Of a stretch of 38,640 nt of DNA, positions 36,698-38,640 are shown piece by piece (position 1 is the stretch's first letter; each line of letters opens with the position of its first letter). The stretch is from IMG/VR virus record IMGVR_UViG_2724679239_000008; one strand, 5' to 3'. The notes under the pieces are model-generated. The model had not been told where the DNA came from and did not search any database. It saw only the letters and a program-made list of their open reading frames with translations. The stretch is from a virus (Duplodnaviria; Heunggongvirae; Uroviricota; Caudoviricetes). Position numbers and translations under genes: made by a program.

Positions 36698-36907
36698 ATG
36701 AGAGAAAAGACAATGCGATATGAAAAAGTTAAGCCATGTCCGTTTTGTGGTTGTCCATCTGTAACAGTGAAAGCCATTTCAGGGTATTACCGGGCAAAAT
36801 GCAACGGCTGTGAATCCCGAACTGGCTATGGTGGAAGTGAGAAAGAAGCCCTCGAAAGATGGAATAAACGAACCGCTGAAAATATTAATGGAGGCATCTA
36901 TGTATAA
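36698..36907 (+). CDS. lar: Lar/RalR-like restriction alleviation protein (start may be ATG 36713)
   Basis: MRYEKVKPCPFCGCPSVTVKAISGYYRAKCNGCESRTGYGGSEKEALERWNKR zinc-ribbon; position after recombination genes. Confidence 0.55.
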   Translation: MREKTMRYEKVKPCPFCGCPSVTVKAISGYYRAKCNGCESRTGYGGSEKEALERWNKRTAENINGGIYV

Positions 36908-37088
36908 AATTACCGCCACAATTGAAAAGGAAGGTGGTACTCCTACTAACTGGACAAGATATTCAAAATCTAAACTAACGAAATCAGAATGCGAAAAAAT
37001 GCTCTCAGGGAAAAAAGAAGCAGGCGTTTCCAGAGAGCAAAAAGTAAAACTGATGAATTTTAATTGCGAGAAACTTCAGTCCTGGTAA
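36900..37088 (+). CDS. small hypothetical protein (62 aa)
   Basis: ATG 36900 with GGAGG upstream (MYKITATIEKEGGTPTNW...); track ORF 36810..37088 probably starts too early. Confidence 0.4.
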   Translation: MYKITATIEKEGGTPTNWTRYSKSKLTKSECEKMLSGKKEAGVSREQKVKLMNFNCEKLQSW

Positions 37089-37187
37089 GTTGCATTGTAT
37101 TCAAATTAAAACTTCATAGCTGATTATTAATAATCAACGCCGGGCGTCAATTTCTGTCTAATATTGTCGCCCGCCAGAGGTGATGCG

Positions 37188-37403
37188 ATGGCACAAGTGA
37201 TCTTTAATGAAGAGTGGATGGTTGAATACGGTCTGATGCTTCGTACTGGTCTGGGGGCCAGACAAATTGAAGCATATCGCCAGAACTGTTGGGTGGAAGG
37301 CCTCCACTTCAAACGAGTATCTCCTTTAGGTAAGCCAGACAGCAAGCGAGGGATTATCTGGTACAACTATCCGAAGATAAATCAGTTTATCAAAGACTCA
37401 TAA
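37188..37403 (+). CDS. xis: excisionase
   Basis: 71-aa ORF from ATG 37188 with GAGGTGA upstream, immediately upstream of and overlapping integrase. Confidence 0.6.
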   Translation: MAQVIFNEEWMVEYGLMLRTGLGARQIEAYRQNCWVEGLHFKRVSPLGKPDSKRGIIWYNYPKINQFIKDS

Positions 37404-37404
37404 T

Positions 37405-38640
37405 ATGTCTAAATTACCAACAGGTGTCGAGATTCGAGGTAAATACATTCGCATCTGGTTCATGTTTCGAGGGAAACGATGTCGGGAAACATTGAAAGGC
37501 TGGGAGGTTACTAACAGTAACATTAAAAAGGCCGGGAGTTTAAGAGCATTGATAGTTCACGAAATAAATTCCGGCGAGTTCGAGTATTTAAGACGTTTTC
37601 CCCAGTCCAACACCGGGGCAAAAATGGTGACAACGAGGGTCATAAAAACATTCGGAGAGCTTTGTGATATCTGGACAAAAATTAAAGAGACAGAGTTAAC
37701 AACAAACACAATGAAGAAAACAAAATCACAATTAAAAACCCTCAGGATAATCATTTGCGAGAGTACCCCAATATCACATATTCGTTATAGCGATATCTTA
37801 AGCTACCGAAATGAACTGCTGCATGGAGAAACGCTTTACCAGGATAATCCAAGAGTCAACAAAAAAGGAAGAACCGTGCGCACAGTTGATAACTATATCG
37901 CCCTGCTATGTTCGTTGTTACGTTTTGCGTATCAGTCGGGATTTATATCAACCAAACCATTTGAAGGAGTAAAAAAATTACAGCGAAACAGAATAAAGCC
38001 TGATCCGTTATCTAAAACAGAATTCAATGCATTAATGGAAAGAGAAAAAGGACAGAGTCAAAACTTGTGGAAATTTGCTGTTTACTCCGGGCTTCGTCAC
38101 GGGGAACTGGCAGCCCTGGCGTGGGAGGATGTGGATTTCGAGAAGGGAATTGTGAATGTCAGAAGAAACCTGACGATACTTGATATGTTCGGTCCTCCAA
38201 AAACAAATGCCGGGATCCGAACGGTAACATTACTGCAGCCTGCTCTTGAAGCACTGAAGGAGCAATACAAACTGACCGGACATTATCGCAAAAGCGAAAT
38301 CACCTTTTATCATCGGGAGTATGGCAGAACCGAAAAGCAAAAACTGCATTTTGTTTTCATGCCCAGGATGTGTAACGGAAAACAGAAACCTTATTACTCG
38401 GTAAGCAGTTTGGGGGCGAGATGGAATGCAGCAGTAAAACGTGCTGGTATTCGCCGCCGTAATCCGTACCATACGCGACATACTTTTGCCTGCTGGCTGT
38501 TGACGGCAGGAGCGAACCCGGCATTTATAGCCAGCCAGATGGGGCATGAAACTGCGCAGATGGTGTATGAAATTTACGGTATGTGGATTGATGACATGAA
38601 CGACGAACAGGTAGCCATGTTGAATGCGCGGTTATCGTAG
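37405..38640 (+). CDS. int: tyrosine integrase, complete; stop codon is the last triplet of the window
   Basis: 411-aa ORF; catalytic-domain motifs (R...HTRHTF...Y: NPYHTRHTFACWLLTAGANP, MVYEIYG). Confidence 0.9.
   Translation: MSKLPTGVEIRGKYIRIWFMFRGKRCRETLKGWEVTNSNIKKAGSLRALIVHEINSGEFEYLRRFPQSNTGAKMVTTRVIKTFGELCDIWTKIKETELTTNTMKKTKSQLKTLRIIICESTPISHIRYSDILSYRNELLHGETLYQDNPRVNKKGRTVRTVDNYIALLCSLLRFAYQSGFISTKPFEGVKKLQRNRIKPDPLSKTEFNALMEREKGQSQNLWKFAVYSGLRHGELAALAWEDVDFEKGIVNVRRNLTILDMFGPPKTNAGIRTVTLLQPALEALKEQYKLTGHYRKSEITFYHREYGRTEKQKLHFVFMPRMCNGKQKPYYSVSSLGARWNAAVKRAGIRRRNPYHTRHTFACWLLTAGANPAFIASQMGHETAQMVYEIYGMWIDDMNDEQVAMLNARLS

Overview
This window looks like an almost complete lambdoid prophage in reverse orientation, apparently E. 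coli and Rac-like in its early region; all calls rest on reading the ORF track and sequence by eye, with no database search. From right to left: integrase and excisionase at the 3' end (37188..38640, +), a Rac-type leftward operon (lar-like, RecT-like, recE, racC/ydaE/kilR-like, +), sieB-like (-), a RacR-like repressor (+) facing ydaS/ydaT-like and replication genes (ydaU/DnaC-like, -), nin-region genes, an AT-rich two-gene operon on the opposite strand (23878..25361), a hok/mok-type toxin locus, antiterminator Q, a late leader, the lysis cassette (holin, lambda R endolysin, Rz/Rz1), a ParB-like nuclease gene, terminase small and large subunits, portal, head genes, and a lambda-type tail module (major tail, G/T chaperones, tape measure, M, L, K, I) ending at position 1. 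No rRNA, tRNA or CRISPR array was found. The two most unusual observations are (1) an intein inserted in the terminase large-subunit P-loop whose middle region encodes, on the antisense strand, an HNH endonuclease with its own Shine-Dalgarno, and (2) an AT-rich, translationally coupled pair (310-aa soluble protein plus 184-aa four-helix membrane protein) that has the architecture of a Rex-like abortive-infection module. Also noted: a G9 tract splitting one ORF, an A-run-rich dual-frame overlap with periodic TGCGCA repeats at the terminase small-subunit start, and palindromic iteron-like repeats at the replication gene.
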